From Candidatus Iainarchaeum sp. (GTDB taxonomy: Archaea; B1Sed10-29; WALL01), in assembly GCA_016939415.1 (NCBI GenBank), contig JAFGGZ010000054.1, positions 1 to 48,306 on the forward strand: DNA of 48,306 nucleotides, written 5' to 3'. A model generated the notes under the pieces. That model did no database searches and was not told the origin of the DNA. It worked only from the letters and a program-made list of their open reading frames with translations. The position numbers were made by a program, and so were the translations under genes. This document shows positions 8,681 through 17,614 of the stretch, piece by piece. Positions within the stretch are counted from its first letter, which is position 1. Each line of letters starts with the position of its first letter.

Positions 8681-9856
8681 TTATAAAGCTTTTGCGATCG
8701 CATCCAGCACAAACGAAGCCACATCCGATTTCGAACCGGAAAACTCGCTAATGCCCTCGCGGCACACTATCCACACGTGATTATCCACACTCCCCACCGC
8801 AGACAAGTCATTCGCAACAACGAGATCCAGGTTATCCTCAACCAACTTCTTCCTCGCCTCGCCGACCACGTCATCCTTCTCAAGCTTGAACGCGACCACC
8901 AACTTTCCGGGATACCTCTCCTTCGCAAGACGAACAAGCTTCTCAGAGCGAACAAAAGAGACAGGCAACGGCCCAGACGAGTCCACCTTCCCCTCACGCG
9001 GATTGGCAACAGAATAATCAGCGATTGCCGCAGCAGAGATCAGCGCATCAGCCCCCTCCAAAGCCTTCAGCGAGGCGCAGATCATCTCCTTCGCAGACTC
9101 CACGCGCATCACGTCCCCAACAGGCGCCGCAGTGCCAGGCCCGTACACAAGCGTCACCTCTGCGCCTCGGCGCAGCGCCTCACGCGCCAGCTCAACGCCC
9201 ATCCTGCCCGAACTCATGTTGGTAACGCCGCGCACCGCGTCAATGCGCTCGAATGTGGGGCCGGCAGTGATGACAAGCCGCTTTCCCTCCAGGGTCTTGG
9301 GGGTGAGTGCTGAAATGACTGTATCCACGACCTCATCCGTCTCCGCGACCTTGGCCTTACTCTCCTCCAAACGCGGCGAAAGCACGACAACGCCATGCTC
9401 CCTCAGCTTCTGCAAGTTCTCTGAAACGAAGGGATGCGCGTACATCGAGCCATGCATCGCAGGCACTACCACGACGGGAACGCCGTTGCCTAACGCGCAA
9501 GACACTGCGGACGTGACCGGCGTGTCATCAATGCCGCACGCCACTTTACTGATTGTGTTCGCAGTCGCAGGACACACGAGCACCACGTCAGCATACGCTG
9601 CGCGAACATGCTCCACCTTCCCGGTGAGCCTTGTCACGACCTCTCTCTCGCACGCCCACTCCATCACATCCTCCGTGATGATGCCCAACGCGCCATCACT
9701 CATGAACGGGTACACTCCAGCGCCGTGCCTGCGCAGCTCCCTCGCGATCTCGGGAGCACGCACAGCGGCAACGCTGCCCGTCACGCACAACACGACCTTC
9801 CTGCCCTTCAAGCGCCCGCTCTTAACGCAATCAATCAACGGAATGGGTATCATCAA
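8681..9856 (-). CDS. coaBC: bifunctional phosphopantothenoylcysteine decarboxylase / phosphopantothenate--cysteine ligase
   Basis: N-terminal flavoprotein half (KVVLCVTGSVAAVRAPEIARELRRHG...PAMH) plus a C-terminal ligase half (ITAGPT.E.ID.VR..TN.SSGRMG). Confidence 0.9.
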   Translation of the reverse strand: MMIPIPLIDCVKSGRLKGRKVVLCVTGSVAAVRAPEIARELRRHGAGVYPFMSDGALGIITEDVMEWACEREVVTRLTGKVEHVRAAYADVVLVCPATANTISKVACGIDDTPVTSAVSCALGNGVPVVVVPAMHGSMYAHPFVSENLQKLREHGVVVLSPRLEESKAKVAETDEVVDTVISALTPKTLEGKRLVITAGPTFERIDAVRGVTNMSSGRMGVELAREALRRGAEVTLVYGPGTAAPVGDVMRVESAKEMICASLKALEGADALISAAAIADYSVANPREGKVDSSGPLPVSFVRSEKLVRLAKERYPGKLVVAFKLEKDDVVGEARKKLVEDNLDLVVANDLSAVGSVDNHVWIVCREGISEFSGSKSDVASFVLDAIAKAL

Positions 9857-10574
9857 GCCTCGCCTTCATGACCTGCAGCGAATCGCGCAGGTTCTGCTTG
9901 TTGTCGAAGGAGCGCGTGATCTCCTCCAAGTCGTCCCTGTCCCTCAAATCCCCGACAAAACGGGTCATCAGAGGAACGCAGCGAACGATGTTGTCAACAA
10001 TCGTGATATCCGCCTTCCGGGCAGTGCGGCTCAGAGGATTCAAGTCGATCGTTACCACGAACTTCCCCGCCCTCTTCAAGGCCTCAGTCCTGTCCCCATC
10101 CTCCAGCGGAACGAGAATCACGTCAGCAACTGCCTGGCCGCGGGCATCCACTTTCCCGCGCTCCGAATCCACGCCAATGCGCGCGTCCTCATTGCACAGA
10201 AGGTTCTCACAGCCATGAGACCGCATCTGCGCCTCCATGAAGCGCATGCGCTCAGGCGTCCTATAAAACAAATTGACCTCTATGGGTGCGGGTATGGCTT
10301 TCCCGAGAGCCACGTACTCCTCCGGCACGAGGGCGGCTACATTCCCGTTCACAGAGAGCACAGGACGCTCTGCGAGCAGGAGCTGCGCAGCCGCTGCCCT
10401 GCAAGCAGCCTCCGCGACAGGAGTGGTTTCTTCTCCGAGCAAGTAATCAAACGCCTCGCCCCTCCCATGCGCTATGAGACCGACTGACGAAGTGAACCCG
10501 CTCTTAACCCCCGCAGCAACGCGCTCGCGCAACAGCAGTGACTGTCGCCTCGGATGGCTATCTGGGACGATCAT
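9831..10574 (-). CDS. 4-phosphopantoate--beta-alanine ligase (archaeal phosphopantothenate synthetase)
   Basis: Start set at MIVPDSHPRRQSL, 5 nt after the ribH stop. Segments GLIAHGRGEAFDYLLGE, PVLSVNGN, LVPLEDGDRTEAL and TIDLNPLSRTA match the archaeal PPS (COG1701) family as I recall it. Confidence 0.8.
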   Translation of the reverse strand: MIVPDSHPRRQSLLLRERVAAGVKSGFTSSVGLIAHGRGEAFDYLLGEETTPVAEAACRAAAAQLLLAERPVLSVNGNVAALVPEEYVALGKAIPAPIEVNLFYRTPERMRFMEAQMRSHGCENLLCNEDARIGVDSERGKVDARGQAVADVILVPLEDGDRTEALKRAGKFVVTIDLNPLSRTARKADITIVDNIVRCVPLMTRFVGDLRDRDDLEEITRSFDNKQNLRDSLQVMKARLDDTHSVD

Positions 10575-10581
10575 AGGATCA

Positions 10582-10980
10582 CTAAGCGTTCTCCAGCATC
10601 TTCTTCGCTGCCACAACAGCGCGCTCCGCATACTCTTCCAAACGCTCGCGCGCAACATCCAACGAAGCACTGGGGCCGATAACGCCCAAGGTCACGGGCT
10701 TCTCGAACTCCACGGCAAGATCCGCCGCCACGCGCGCAGCGTTCTCGGCGACAATAACGTCATGTGCAGTCAAGCCCTTCTTCACCACGCCCAACAGCAC
10801 CACTGCATCCACATCACTCTTGAGCAAGCGCTTTATGGACAACGGCATGTCGTACACGCCAGGCACCCACACGACCCTGTCCACTGCAAGACCCTCGCGC
10901 TCCGCTATCTTCAGCGCGGCATCAAGCATGCGCTGCGTCATCTCCTTGTTGAACTCCGCGACAATGATCCCGATCCCCAT
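10582..10980 (-). CDS. ribH: 6,7-dimethyl-8-ribityllumazine synthase
   Basis: GIIVAEFNKEMT...VWVPGVYDMPL...DAVVLLGVV...H...KPVTLGVIGP closely follows archaeal RibH. 132 aa. Confidence 0.8.
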   Translation of the reverse strand: MGIGIIVAEFNKEMTQRMLDAALKIAEREGLAVDRVVWVPGVYDMPLSIKRLLKSDVDAVVLLGVVKKGLTAHDVIVAENAARVAADLAVEFEKPVTLGVIGPSASLDVARERLEEYAERAVVAAKKMLENA

Positions 10981-11445
10981 TCACTTACCTCCGTACCGCT
11001 GCACGTACTCGTGCGGCTTAAGCACATGAATGCCCTTGGACTCCAGGTAACTCCACAACCTGCCGGTGTAGATGTGGTGCCGGTCACAGGACACGACGCC
11101 GTCGCACCCGAACCGCTCGCAGGCAGCCACCAGCACGCCATCGCTTGGGTCGGCAACGAGCTTGCGCAGCTCCTCGTCCACCAAGTCCTCGTAAGCCTTC
11201 TCCTTCCCCCACTCGCCGGGGCGCACTCCCGTGCGCACGAGCGGCACATTCCCCGCATCCACGGCCTCTTCAAGCGTCCTGCGAAACTTGTGCGAGCCCT
11301 TGAGCTCCAGCTCGTCCAACGTGAAGTCTGTGAGACCCAGCTTGTGCTCCGGTGACAGCAGCGAGGCCAGGACTGCAGCGCAACCGCCATGACGCTCCTC
11401 AAAACCGTGCAAAAGCACGCATGTGTCAACCAAGTACATGCCCAA
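10981..11445 (-). CDS. PIN-domain protein
   Basis: N-terminal MYLVDTCVLL, an internal acidic residue, and C-terminal VVSCDRHH resemble the PIN acidic quartet. It is the first gene of the cofactor operon. Confidence 0.55.
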   Translation of the reverse strand: MGMYLVDTCVLLHGFEERHGGCAAVLASLLSPEHKLGLTDFTLDELELKGSHKFRRTLEEAVDAGNVPLVRTGVRPGEWGKEKAYEDLVDEELRKLVADPSDGVLVAACERFGCDGVVSCDRHHIYTGRLWSYLESKGIHVLKPHEYVQRYGGK

Positions 11446-11491
11446 ACTTGTATAGGAAAGTACTTATAAAGCACACTGCATAACTCCCTGC

Positions 11492-12085
11492 ATGAAACGC
11501 GTTATGTTGCTTCTGACACTCGTGCTGCTGGCAGGATGCGTCAACATGCCCGAACCTGCCGTACCGAGCACTGGAAAGGTTGTCCAGGAAGCACCGCGAC
11601 CGCAAGGAGTTGTTCAAGAAATGACCGGAGACACGGTAAAAGCAGGGGACACAGTGCGCGTGGACTACCTGGGAACGCTGAGGGACGGCACAGTGTTCGA
11701 CACCAGCATGGAATCAAAAGCACGGGAAGCGGGCCTGTTCAACCCACAGAGAGCATACGAACCCATTGAATTCGTCGTGGGCGCAGGACAGATGATCCAA
11801 GGATTCGACGAAGCAGTTGTGGGCATGAAGTCCGGAGAGAAGAAGACCGTGACGCTCCCGCCCGAGAAGGCGTACGGAGAGCGCAGTGAAGATCTCATGC
11901 AAGAAGTGCCCACAGAAGACCTGAAGCTGTCCGGCATCAAGCCGGAAGAAGGCACGCAGCTCATGACATCAGCCGGTCCCGCGAGAGTAACCAGCACGAA
12001 CGAAGACGTGACGGTCCTTGACTTCAACCACGAGCTCGCAGGCGAGACCCTCATCTTCGAAATAACGCTGGTGTCCAAGGAGTAA
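11492..12085 (+). CDS. FKBP-type peptidyl-prolyl cis-trans isomerase, lipobox signal peptide
   Basis: Signal peptide MKRVMLLLTLVLLAGC followed by an FKBP core (VRVDYLGTLRDGTVFDTS...FVVGAGQMIQGFDEAVVGMKSGEKK) with a SlyD-like insert. Confidence 0.85.
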   Translation: MKRVMLLLTLVLLAGCVNMPEPAVPSTGKVVQEAPRPQGVVQEMTGDTVKAGDTVRVDYLGTLRDGTVFDTSMESKAREAGLFNPQRAYEPIEFVVGAGQMIQGFDEAVVGMKSGEKKTVTLPPEKAYGERSEDLMQEVPTEDLKLSGIKPEEGTQLMTSAGPARVTSTNEDVTVLDFNHELAGETLIFEITLVSKE

Positions 12086-12108
12086 GCCTTTTATACCGAC
12101 GCAAAGTA

Positions 12109-12816
12109 GTGGTAGCCATGCAGCTGACGCCGCTCTTCCTCACCTTCATCCTGACCACCATCCACCTGGTCGGCGAGCGATACTCGTACTACATAGAACG
12201 CATGCACCTGGACTTCCTGAGCTTCGGCGCAGGCGTTTTCATGACATTCCTGTTCATGGAGGCCCTGCCCCAACTGATTACGGGCATGAGCATCATAGGC
12301 TACAACGTGTTCCTCCTCGCGCTCATAGGATTCACGCTGTACCACATATCAGAAAAGTACCTGTACCAGCACATGAAAACAAAGGACGCGCTCATCAACG
12401 ACCTCGACAAGCTGCACGTACTTGGATTCATCATGAACCACTTCCTCATAGGGTTCTCGCTCGTCCTCATGTTCGAAGTGCCTCAAGGACCGCCATGGCT
12501 CGGCTACTTCGTGTTTCTCCCCTTCGTGCTCCACACCCTCGCATCATCCATATCCCTGAGGCACATACACGAGTACTACCGAAGCGGGAGAACAGAGAAA
12601 GTCCTCCTGGCCTGCTCGCCAGTCTTCGGCGCAGTTGCTGCGTCAGTGCTCAGGCTGCAGCACGCTCACTTCTACATCGCGCTGTGTATCGCGTTCGGAG
12701 CGCTGCTGTACATAGTGATCAGGGACATAATACCCAAGGAAGAGAAGGGAAACCCATTGTACTTCATGCTGGGAATGACCCTGTCCCTCGCGATAGTGGC
12801 GCTCACTCGGCTTTGA
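12109..12816 (+). CDS. polytopic membrane protein, divergent ZIP-like
   Basis: 235 aa with about 8 TM helices. The positions matching the ZIP metal motifs read NHFLIGF and LHTLASS, instead of HNFxDG and HExPxE as in the two canonical ZIPs of this window. Confidence 0.45.
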   Translation: MVAMQLTPLFLTFILTTIHLVGERYSYYIERMHLDFLSFGAGVFMTFLFMEALPQLITGMSIIGYNVFLLALIGFTLYHISEKYLYQHMKTKDALINDLDKLHVLGFIMNHFLIGFSLVLMFEVPQGPPWLGYFVFLPFVLHTLASSISLRHIHEYYRSGRTEKVLLACSPVFGAVAASVLRLQHAHFYIALCIAFGALLYIVIRDIIPKEEKGNPLYFMLGMTLSLAIVALTRL

Positions 12817-13741
12817 GCTCCTTCTTCTTGTTCTTCACGAACGTGCCGACATTGATGCCTGCGATAGTGCCCTCGCCGACAGCGACAGCGACCTGCAGCA
12901 CGCCCCCAGTCACGTCGCCGGCAGCGAACACGCCCGCACAGCACGTCTGCTGATCCTCACCGACCTTGACGAAGCCGTACTGGTCCAATTCAACGCCCGC
13001 ATCCTGCGCCAGCTTTGCAGTGGGGACGACGCCCACATAGATGAACACGCCGCTCACAGCGATCTCGGACAGCTCGTTCGTCTTCACGTTCTTCAGAACC
13101 ATTGACGACACAGAATCCTTGCCCCTCACCTCTTCGAGCACGCTGTCCCAGTGAATCGCCACGTTCTGTTTCGCAGCCAGCTCGCCGCCAAGCCGTTCCT
13201 CGCCGCGGAACTCGTCCCTGCGGTGCACGATGTGCACCCTGCTGCACACGTCAATCAGATACAAAGCAGCGCTCAGCGCGGAATTGCCTCCGCCAACAAC
13301 CGCCACTTCCTTCCCGCGGAAGAACAATGCATCGCACGTCGCGCAATAGGAAACGCCTTTGCCAGCGAACGCGTCCTCGCCCTTCGCACCCAGCTTCCTG
13401 TGCGCCGCCCCAGTGGCGATGACCACGCCGTAGCAGTGATACTCAGCGCTCTCGGTCCGGACGACGAACGAGCCATCATCCTTCTTCTGCAGCGCGTTGA
13501 CTGTCTCGTACTTCAACTCAGCGCCGAAGCGGTCGGCTTGCTTGGCCATGCGCTCACCGAGAGCCATGCCACCCACTTTCTCGACTCCCGGGTAGTTCTC
13601 TATCTCGTTGGTTGCGGCCATCTGGCCGCCGGCCACTCCCGACTCCAGGATCAGGGTATTTAGTGCGCGCCGAGCCGCGTAAATCGCTGCGGATAAGCCT
13701 GCCGGACCGGCTCCGATCACCACGACGTCGTATTCCTGCAT
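12803..13741 (-). CDS. trxB: thioredoxin-disulfide reductase
   Basis: YDVVVIGAGPAGLSAAIYAAR, redox-active CATCD, second Rossmann VAVVGGGNSA, C-terminal GVFAAGDV. Start set at MQEYDVV. Confidence 0.85.
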   Translation of the reverse strand: MQEYDVVVIGAGPAGLSAAIYAARRALNTLILESGVAGGQMAATNEIENYPGVEKVGGMALGERMAKQADRFGAELKYETVNALQKKDDGSFVVRTESAEYHCYGVVIATGAAHRKLGAKGEDAFAGKGVSYCATCDALFFRGKEVAVVGGGNSALSAALYLIDVCSRVHIVHRRDEFRGEERLGGELAAKQNVAIHWDSVLEEVRGKDSVSSMVLKNVKTNELSEIAVSGVFIYVGVVPTAKLAQDAGVELDQYGFVKVGEDQQTCCAGVFAAGDVTGGVLQVAVAVGEGTIAGINVGTFVKNKKKELKAE

Positions 13742-13795
13742 TCGATCACCGATACACATATAAACGCACTCGGTATAAAAAACGTGGTGATGTCA

Positions 13796-14029
13796 ATGGC
13801 AAAAGTGATCGTTTATTCCACGCAAACATGCCCGTGGTGCCACCGCGCAAAGGATTACATGAAGAGCATCGGGCAGGAATTCACGGACTACAACGTCGGC
13901 GAGGACAGGGAAAAAGCCCAGGAAATGATCAAGAAGAGCGGGCAAATGGGCGTGCCGGTAATTGACATAGACGGCAAGATACTCATCGGCTTCGACAAAG
14001 AAGCCATCGACGAAGCGCTCAGTCACTGA
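13796..14029 (+). CDS. glutaredoxin/NrdH-like small redoxin
   Basis: MAKVIVYSTQTCPWCHRAKDYM...GVPVIDIDGKILIGF has a CPWC active site and a thioredoxin fold pattern. Divergent from trxB. Confidence 0.8.
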   Translation: MAKVIVYSTQTCPWCHRAKDYMKSIGQEFTDYNVGEDREKAQEMIKKSGQMGVPVIDIDGKILIGFDKEAIDEALSH

Positions 14030-15296
14030 ACTCCTTGAAACCCGTGTTGAACGGGCATGCATTCTCTCCGCTCACCAGCCGGTGATCGTACCTGCACTTC
14101 TGGCACACATCACTGTACTTGCTTATGACGCTCGAGTCAGAAGCCACGCAGTCAACACGGTAATCCACGAACACAGACGGCTCAACAAACCACTCAGAGC
14201 CATCCACTGTGTTCGCCGCCAGCCACGAAGCCAGTTCCTTCGCGCCGACGCCATGCGTAACGCAATAGTTCGTCAGCACATGCGATCGAGAGAACGAGGA
14301 CAAGTAACCCGTCGATTGCACGCCTTCCAGCACGTGCCGCAAGCACTCCAAGCCGCACTCTGCCGGAACGGAAAAAAAGCCGGGCACTGGACCGCCGCTG
14401 GGAACGGAAACCCCTCCGTGCCAATAAAGACCGTTGCAGAACTCCCTGAACAGCAAACGCCTCACGAAAAACTCGACGCTGTTGATCGGAGCGAACCCGC
14501 GCTTGTACGCGGCTTCCACGGCACGAACCAGGTCAACCGGCCTGACAAGACCAGCATCCAGCACAGGGAACACGGCGGGCTCGAAAGCGAACGGGTTGCC
14601 GCGCACGAGGATGTTCTGACACACGCCGAACTTCGACAGTTTCTTGGTCATGAAATCCTGCACCCACAACCTCGCCTGCTGCACAGTAACCGGCCAGTTG
14701 AACCCAAAAGCGCCCACGTCTCTCACAACAGCCTGCGTCCCGTCATCGTAGTACATCACAGGCAACAACGGCACCTTCTCGCCGCGCTTCAACCCACGCC
14801 TCGCCAGCGTGTTGAACTCCCACCTGCCGCCGAGCGGCTGCCCGCGCTTGTTCGCAAGTAGGTTGTGGGCCTCGCGCATATCCCTGCAGAAGACATCGAA
14901 GGGGGCGTTTTTGTTCCGGTCACGCCAGGCAGCGAACTCCTGACGCGAGCAGAGGAACAGGTTGTCATCAGTGAATGATAGCTCAACGCCCGCCGCTGAC
15001 GCCGCCGCCTCCACGCGTGCCTGCGCAGGCCTCGTCGAAGGCTGCATGACCACGAGCCTGTCGATGCCGTGCTCGCTCACGTGCTCGGCAACGCACGCAC
15101 CGAAATCGCCGCGGCGGTAATCCGTTGCCATGCCCGCTGCTTGGCGCATGGCAGCCAGGCGAAGCGCTGCCCTGTGCGGGTGCACTCCCCGGAACAACTG
15201 CCTGTCCTCAACCATGAGCACATGGTCGTGCTTAACTCCAAGCGAGGAAACTGAAGGATTCAGCTGATCCTCCAGGACAATGACGGTAGTAGCCAT
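14019..15296 (-). CDS. cryptochrome/photolyase family protein, FeS-BCP (PhrB/CryB-like)
   Basis: VIVLEDQLNPS, GGRWEFN and APINSVEFFVRRLLFREF segments, plus the C-terminal DVCQKCRYD...ENACPFN with an upstream Cys (ECLRHV). Together these match the four-Cys [4Fe-4S] signature of the PhrB-type family as recalled. Confidence 0.7.
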   Translation of the reverse strand: MATTVIVLEDQLNPSVSSLGVKHDHVLMVEDRQLFRGVHPHRAALRLAAMRQAAGMATDYRRGDFGACVAEHVSEHGIDRLVVMQPSTRPAQARVEAAASAAGVELSFTDDNLFLCSRQEFAAWRDRNKNAPFDVFCRDMREAHNLLANKRGQPLGGRWEFNTLARRGLKRGEKVPLLPVMYYDDGTQAVVRDVGAFGFNWPVTVQQARLWVQDFMTKKLSKFGVCQNILVRGNPFAFEPAVFPVLDAGLVRPVDLVRAVEAAYKRGFAPINSVEFFVRRLLFREFCNGLYWHGGVSVPSGGPVPGFFSVPAECGLECLRHVLEGVQSTGYLSSFSRSHVLTNYCVTHGVGAKELASWLAANTVDGSEWFVEPSVFVDYRVDCVASDSSVISKYSDVCQKCRYDHRLVSGENACPFNTGFKEFSD

Positions 15297-15346
15297 AAGA
15301 CCACTTAGGCAGCGGCTTTATTAATAACCTTTGTGTAACCGCAACC

Positions 15347-16375
15347 ATGGCACTCCTTGACCTCATTAAGGGATTGGGTGGCACTTACGGCGTTTCCGGA
15401 GACGAGGACAGAGTCGCTAACATGATCAAGAGAGAGCTCAAGCCATACGCAGACGAACTCATCCAGGACTCATCCGGCAATGTCATCGCCCACAAGAATG
15501 GGAGCGGCCTGCGTATACTGCTGTCAGCACACATGGACGAGATAGGCCTCATGGTGAAGAGCATCAACGAAGACCACATGATACGGATCTCGCCGGTGGG
15601 CGGCATCGAGCCCGAAACGCTCCTCGCCCAGCAGGTCCACATCGACACTAGGAAGGGCATAGTGCACGGCGTGATCTCCTGCAAGGAACTCCATCGTGGC
15701 GAGGAGATCAGTGACTTCCCTAAAGTGAGCGAGATGTACGTCGACATCGGCGCGAAAAGCAAGGAAGACATAATCAAAGCAGGCGTCGCAGTAGGCGACT
15801 ACATCGTGCCGCGAAGATCGTTCGCCACTCTCGGGAACAAGCGCGTCATCTCAGGCAAAGCACTCGACAACAGGGTAGGCTGCGCCGTAGTGCTAGAAAC
15901 TGCAAAGAAGCTCAGGAACTCGAAAGCGGACGTGTACTACATGTTCACTGTGGAAGAAGAGATGGGCTTGTACGGCGCCAGGACGTCGGTCTCACGAGTC
16001 AGCCCGGACGTCGTCATAAACATGGACACCACGGTCGCGCTGGACACAGAGAAGAACGTGAAGGGCATCGGCGACGGCCCCGTCATAATACTGAAGGACA
16101 GCGAGTTCATCTCAGAGCGCAAGCTGAACGAAATAATAAAGTGCACTGCGAAGCGCATTCACGTGCCGCTTCAGTTCGAAGTGTCGGACGTCGGAACGAC
16201 CGACGCCCTCGCGATATACCTGAACCACGGCGGAGTGCCCACAACCGCGGTATCCGTGCCCGTGCGGAACATCCACTCAACGATCAGCATAGCGCACATG
16301 GACGACGTGGAGAATGCTGTGAAGCTGTTGAACGCAGCAGTCAGGGACTTGAGCAAGAAAAAGGTGATTAAATGA
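15347..16375 (+). CDS. M42 family metallopeptidase (TET/FrvX-like aminopeptidase)
   Basis: GVSGDEDRV, SAHMDEIGLMV, ALDNRVGC, FTVEEEMGLYGA and the C-terminal IHS...A pattern are typical of M42. Confidence 0.85.
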   Translation: MALLDLIKGLGGTYGVSGDEDRVANMIKRELKPYADELIQDSSGNVIAHKNGSGLRILLSAHMDEIGLMVKSINEDHMIRISPVGGIEPETLLAQQVHIDTRKGIVHGVISCKELHRGEEISDFPKVSEMYVDIGAKSKEDIIKAGVAVGDYIVPRRSFATLGNKRVISGKALDNRVGCAVVLETAKKLRNSKADVYYMFTVEEEMGLYGARTSVSRVSPDVVINMDTTVALDTEKNVKGIGDGPVIILKDSEFISERKLNEIIKCTAKRIHVPLQFEVSDVGTTDALAIYLNHGGVPTTAVSVPVRNIHSTISIAHMDDVENAVKLLNAAVRDLSKKKVIK

Positions 16376-17613
16376 AGACGATAACCCCGTTCCAGGCAAT
16401 GCTTAAGCAGCTGGATACAGCCGCAGGAGAAGCAAGGCTGGATCCGGCGATCCACGCAGCGCTGAGGCAGCCGATGCGCACTCTCATCGCATCAATACCG
16501 ATAAAGACGTGCAGCGGCGAACTCCAGGTGTTCACGGCGTACAGGTGCCAGTACAACAACGCGTTGGGGCCGACAAAAGGCGGGATCCGCTACAATCCGA
16601 ACGTCGACTTGGACGAAGTGGAAGCGCTCGCGGGGTGGATGACATGGAAGTGCGCTGCACTCGGCCTGCCGTACGGCGGCGCGAAAGGCGGCGTGCAATG
16701 CGACCCGAAAGCGCTGGGAGCGAGAGAAGTAGAGAGCATAAGCCGCGGGTACGTGAGGGCGATGGCGGAGTGGATAGGGCCTGACGAGGACATTCCCGCT
16801 CCGGACATGAACACGAACGAGCAGACCATGGCGTGGATGATGGACGAGTACAGCAAGATCGAGGGCAAGCTCGTGCCGGGCGTGGTAACAGGGAAGCCGG
16901 TCAGCCTGCAGGGCAGTCACGGCAGGAAAAGCGCGACAGGGAGGGGCGGCATGTTCACGACGCTTAAGGCCTGCGCCGCTTTCAGGATGAAGCCGAGCGG
17001 TTCCACGGTTGCAGTGCAGGGCTTCGGAAACGTCGGGTCGTTCGCTGCGCAACTCTTGCACGACAAGCGGTGCAAGGTCGTAGCAGTCAGCGATTCCAGG
17101 GGCGGGGCGTACAACCCGAAGGGACTGGACCCGTACAAGGTCGCTGAGCACAAGGAAAAGACGGGGTCTGTGCTGGGTTTCAAGGGCGCGAAGGACATCA
17201 CGAACAAAGACCTTCTTGAGCTAAAGTGCGACGTGCTCGTGCCGGCAGCGCTCGAGAACCAGATAACGAGGGAGAACGCGGGCAACGTTCGCGCAAGGAT
17301 GGTTGTGGAACTCGCTAACGGCCCGACAACGCCTGACGCTGACAGGGTGCTGCACGAGAAAGGCATTCCCGTCGTGCCGGACATTCTCGCTAACGCAGGC
17401 GGTGTGACAGTCTCGTACTTCGAATGGCTGCAGAACCGCGTGGGTGAGTACTGGGGCGAAGACGAAGTGAATTGCAGGCTGAAGCAGAAGATGGAAAACG
17501 CTTTCGACGCAGTGCTGCGCGTATCGAAGCAGAGGGAGATACCCATGCGCACGGCAGCGTACTACATCGCGTTGAAGCGCATCGAAGAAGCAATGCTTAT
17601 GAGAGGCTCGTAG
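16372..17613 (+). CDS. gdhA: glutamate dehydrogenase
   Basis: GPTKGGIRYNPNV, LGLPYGGAKGGV, Rossmann VQGFGNVGS. 413 aa; ATGA overlap with the M42 gene. Confidence 0.9.
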   Translation: MKTITPFQAMLKQLDTAAGEARLDPAIHAALRQPMRTLIASIPIKTCSGELQVFTAYRCQYNNALGPTKGGIRYNPNVDLDEVEALAGWMTWKCAALGLPYGGAKGGVQCDPKALGAREVESISRGYVRAMAEWIGPDEDIPAPDMNTNEQTMAWMMDEYSKIEGKLVPGVVTGKPVSLQGSHGRKSATGRGGMFTTLKACAAFRMKPSGSTVAVQGFGNVGSFAAQLLHDKRCKVVAVSDSRGGAYNPKGLDPYKVAEHKEKTGSVLGFKGAKDITNKDLLELKCDVLVPAALENQITRENAGNVRARMVVELANGPTTPDADRVLHEKGIPVVPDILANAGGVTVSYFEWLQNRVGEYWGEDEVNCRLKQKMENAFDAVLRVSKQREIPMRTAAYYIALKRIEEAMLMRGS

Positions 17614-17614
17614 G

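Noticed and set aside
9132-10487. 451-aa plus-strand ORF
   Set aside because: It is antisense to coaBC and the PPS gene, both of which have clear family motifs. Its composition is Ser/Thr/Pro/Ala-biased, with no start context.
10474-11355. 293-aa plus-strand ORF and the 178-aa minus-strand ORF at 10938-11474
   Set aside because: Both overlap ribH and the PIN gene in other frames or strands. Their compositions are His/Leu/Arg-rich or Arg/Ser/Trp-rich and shadow-like.
16492-17552. 219-aa and 211-aa minus-strand ORFs inside gdhA
   Set aside because: They are antisense to an unmistakable glutamate dehydrogenase and have Arg/Pro/Ala- or Ser-rich shadow compositions.
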